A stretch of DNA of 64,000 nucleotides from an uncultured Planctomycetota bacterium (lineage in GTDB: Bacteria > Planctomycetota > PLA2 > JAEUHO01): positions 288,001 through 352,000 of the forward strand of contig CAVVXN010000005.1 of assembly GCA_963752285.1 (NCBI GenBank), in the 5' to 3' direction. Below the pieces are notes generated by a model. The model saw nothing but the letters and a program-made list of their open reading frames with translations, searched no databases and was not told the origin of the DNA. The position numbers and the translations under genes are program-made. Below, in pieces: positions 61,885 through 64,000 of the stretch (its first letter is position 1; each line of letters opens with the position of its first letter).

Positions 61885-64000
61885 ATGCGTCGCCTCATCA
61901 CGGCGGTTCTGGGCTCGGTACTCCTCGCCTGTGCGGGAGCCGGCTCAGATGCTTCCTCCGCCTTGACGGAGGAGGACCGGGCCGACATCGCCTTCTTTGC
62001 CGGTTTTGGGTTCCCGGACGTCGCGGGGAAGCCCTTTGGCGAGGTGCCGATGGACGACGGCATCCAGGCACTTGACGGCGAGGTCCATGCGTTCACACAG
62101 CGAGGCTTCCTGCTCGCGACGCGGCGCGACGGCGCGCTCGTCGTCCAGACCGGCGAGCCGCTTCCCCATCGGTTCGGGCCGTCCGAGCCGGACGCACCCG
62201 CGTGGCGGAGGGTCGCCTGGCATCCGCTGGACCTCGCGGAGGTCGTACGACGACGTCTGGCTGGAGAGGACCAACCGAAGGCAACCGATCTCGACCTCGA
62301 GTTCGACGCTGATTCACCGCGGAACCACCGCTTTGCCGAGCGTCTCTCCACGACGGGACGGGTCTTGGCCCTCGCGTGGGCCTGCGCGCGCCAGGGGCTC
62401 TGCCGAGAGGCCCACGCGTTGCTCGCGAGGGCGCGGGAGAGCAGGAAGGCCCCGCTTCGTGAGGTGGCGCGCCCCGAGCTCTCGGTCGACGTGATCTGGC
62501 GGCTGGTGGAAGGGTTCGAGGATCCCGACGTGTCGCGCGAGACGCTCCTCGCGGGTTTCCAGGGATACCTCTCCGCGTTTCCCCACGTGAAGGAGCACTC
62601 GGAGACAGCCCGCGAGGCGACCCGGATTCTCATGCAGATGGTCGAGGAGGACCGGCGGCACGCCCTCGCCGCTCGTCCGATGGCCGAGATGACGAAGGAA
62701 GACCGCATCCGGGAGTGGATCTTCCGCCTTCGGGACCAGAACGGGTGCCAGGCGGCGCAGCCCGGCGGTCCCTCGATCTTCGCGACCAGCGGTCCCGAGG
62801 GGGCCTCTCCCGCCGAGCGCCTCGTCGTCGCGGGATACGACGCCGTCCCGTTTCTGATCGACGCCGTCGGGGACCGACGATTCACCCGGACCGTGGGCTT
62901 CTGGCGCGACTTCACGTACTCGCACTACGTCGTGCGGGTGGGCGGCGCCGCGGAGACCGTCCTGGAGCGCATCACCGGCCGGTCGTTCCAAGGGGCCGAT
63001 CGGAAACGTGCCTGGCGGACGTGGTGGGAGGCATTCTCCACGTCCGGGATCATCGCGGGTCTCGTGCGTGAGGTCTGTGCGGGCGGCGACGGTGCGATCG
63101 AAGCGGCGCGCGCCCTCGCGGCAAGGAGCCCGGACGGGGCGGTCTCCGCGATCCTCCGGGGCATCGAGAACACTCGTCCCGATTGGGCCCGCGGCTACCT
63201 CGTGGAGATCCTCGCGGGCATCCCGGGTGACGCGCAGCTCCCCTTCATGCAGAAGGAGGTCCGCGAGGGCCCGACGCTCGGCGACCGACTCCTCGCTGGC
63301 CGCTGGCTCTCATCCCACGGTCGTTCCGAGGGGAAGGAGATGGCCGCCGCGCTCTGGACCCGGGTCCAGAGCGAACGCGACCCCGAGCCGGACGCCGTGA
63401 TTCCGCTCGTCGTCTCGTTCTCGATCGCCGGGACCGAGGAGGCGGCCCGCGCCCTGGTGACTGGACTTCCGAATCTCCCACCCATCCTTCGCGGCGAGGC
63501 GATCGACTGGCTCTACGTCGGGTCGCTCCGGCCGACGGTCTGGGCTCCGGCCGAGCCCGCGGCCGAGACCCTCCTGATGGGCTACCTCGTCTCCGCGCTG
63601 GACGACGGGGCCGAGTACGTCCCCCGCGGGCAGGAGCAGTCTCCGCCTCCGGATGGCGAAACCCTCCGCGTCTCGGAGTGTGCCGCGCGCCGGCTCGCGG
63701 CCATATGGCGAGGCGAGGGCGTTTCGTTCACGGAGGACGCGTTCCGCGCCGACCGAGACCGTCAGATCCGGGCCATCCGAAACCACGCGCGCGAGAAGCA
63801 GGGGTTCGCGCCCCTCCCCGAACCGCCGCGACCCGACGTCCCGCTGCTGGGGAACCGGGTTCGAGAGGTCCGCGTCCTTCCTTCCGGCACCGACCTCGAC
63901 GCGGCGACGAAGGACCGCGTCGAGAGCCTGCGGGGCGAGACGATCACCGCGCGGGCGTTCGCCGAACTCCTGGACGGCGTGGCGCGTGCCCGCCCGGCAG
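61885..64000 (+). CDS. Large exported hypothetical protein with HEAT-like repeats (runs off window)
   Basis: GAGGAG RBS; MRRLITAVLGSVLLACAG signal; GYDAVPFLIDAVGDRRFTRTV; appears open to the window end. Confidence 0.75.
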   Translation, partial: MRRLITAVLGSVLLACAGAGSDASSALTEEDRADIAFFAGFGFPDVAGKPFGEVPMDDGIQALDGEVHAFTQRGFLLATRRDGALVVQTGEPLPHRFGPSEPDAPAWRRVAWHPLDLAEVVRRRLAGEDQPKATDLDLEFDADSPRNHRFAERLSTTGRVLALAWACARQGLCREAHALLARARESRKAPLREVARPELSVDVIWRLVEGFEDPDVSRETLLAGFQGYLSAFPHVKEHSETAREATRILMQMVEEDRRHALAARPMAEMTKEDRIREWIFRLRDQNGCQAAQPGGPSIFATSGPEGASPAERLVVAGYDAVPFLIDAVGDRRFTRTVGFWRDFTYSHYVVRVGGAAETVLERITGRSFQGADRKRAWRTWWEAFSTSGIIAGLVREVCAGGDGAIEAARALAARSPDGAVSAILRGIENTRPDWARGYLVEILAGIPGDAQLPFMQKEVREGPTLGDRLLAGRWLSSHGRSEGKEMAAALWTRVQSERDPEPDAVIPLVVSFSIAGTEEAARALVTGLPNLPPILRGEAIDWLYVGSLRPTVWAPAEPAAETLLMGYLVSALDDGAEYVPRGQEQSPPPDGETLRVSECAARRLAAIWRGEGVSFTEDAFRADRDRQIRAIRNHAREKQGFAPLPEPPRPDVPLLGNRVREVRVLPSGTDLDAATKDRVESLRGETITARAFAELLDGVARARPA

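Noticed and set aside
1..64000. tRNA, rRNA, reverse transcriptase/DGR or retron components
   Set aside because: None recognised by eye; the desulfurase repeat differs at all base types rather than adenines only, so it is not a DGR TR/VR pair. tRNAscan/Infernal were not run.

Overview
GC-rich bacterial DNA. The ECF sigma factor, carboxypeptidase-regulatory-domain proteins and TPR kinase suggest Planctomycetota, but this is inference. Positions 1-13.2 kb are intact housekeeping genes: VOC protein, SufR-like regulator, aminotransferase, PfkB kinase, DUF434, lutABC, Fpg, and a family 2B (cNMP-domain) encapsulin with a cysteine desulfurase cargo. From 13.2 kb a ~48 kb hypervariable island begins with one full-length ISCR/IS91-like HUH rolling-circle transposase. 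Six more copies follow in the same orientation, each cut at a different 5' point but keeping the ori end (...GAGGATTCAATGTCCTATGCGT; one copy ends ...TCCTACGC). They separate blocks of mostly fragmentary cargo: Rhs toxin plus immunity, orphan toxin tips, phage HNH, kinase and secreted proteins. One ori is fused to a diverged 274-bp copy of the desulfurase gene that lies upstream of the full element, as expected from rolling-circle read-through capture. At 58.7-61.8 kb a nested IS66-family element with an 8-bp TSD carries two toxin-tip/immunity cassettes (one Ntox46/Tsi6-like), each between an inverted repeat and a transposase stop codon. Also present are a complete IS66, an IS110/IS1111 element whose 3' non-coding end holds candidate target-matching guides, and IS21/IS3 remnants. 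All calls are by eye; no database searches were run.
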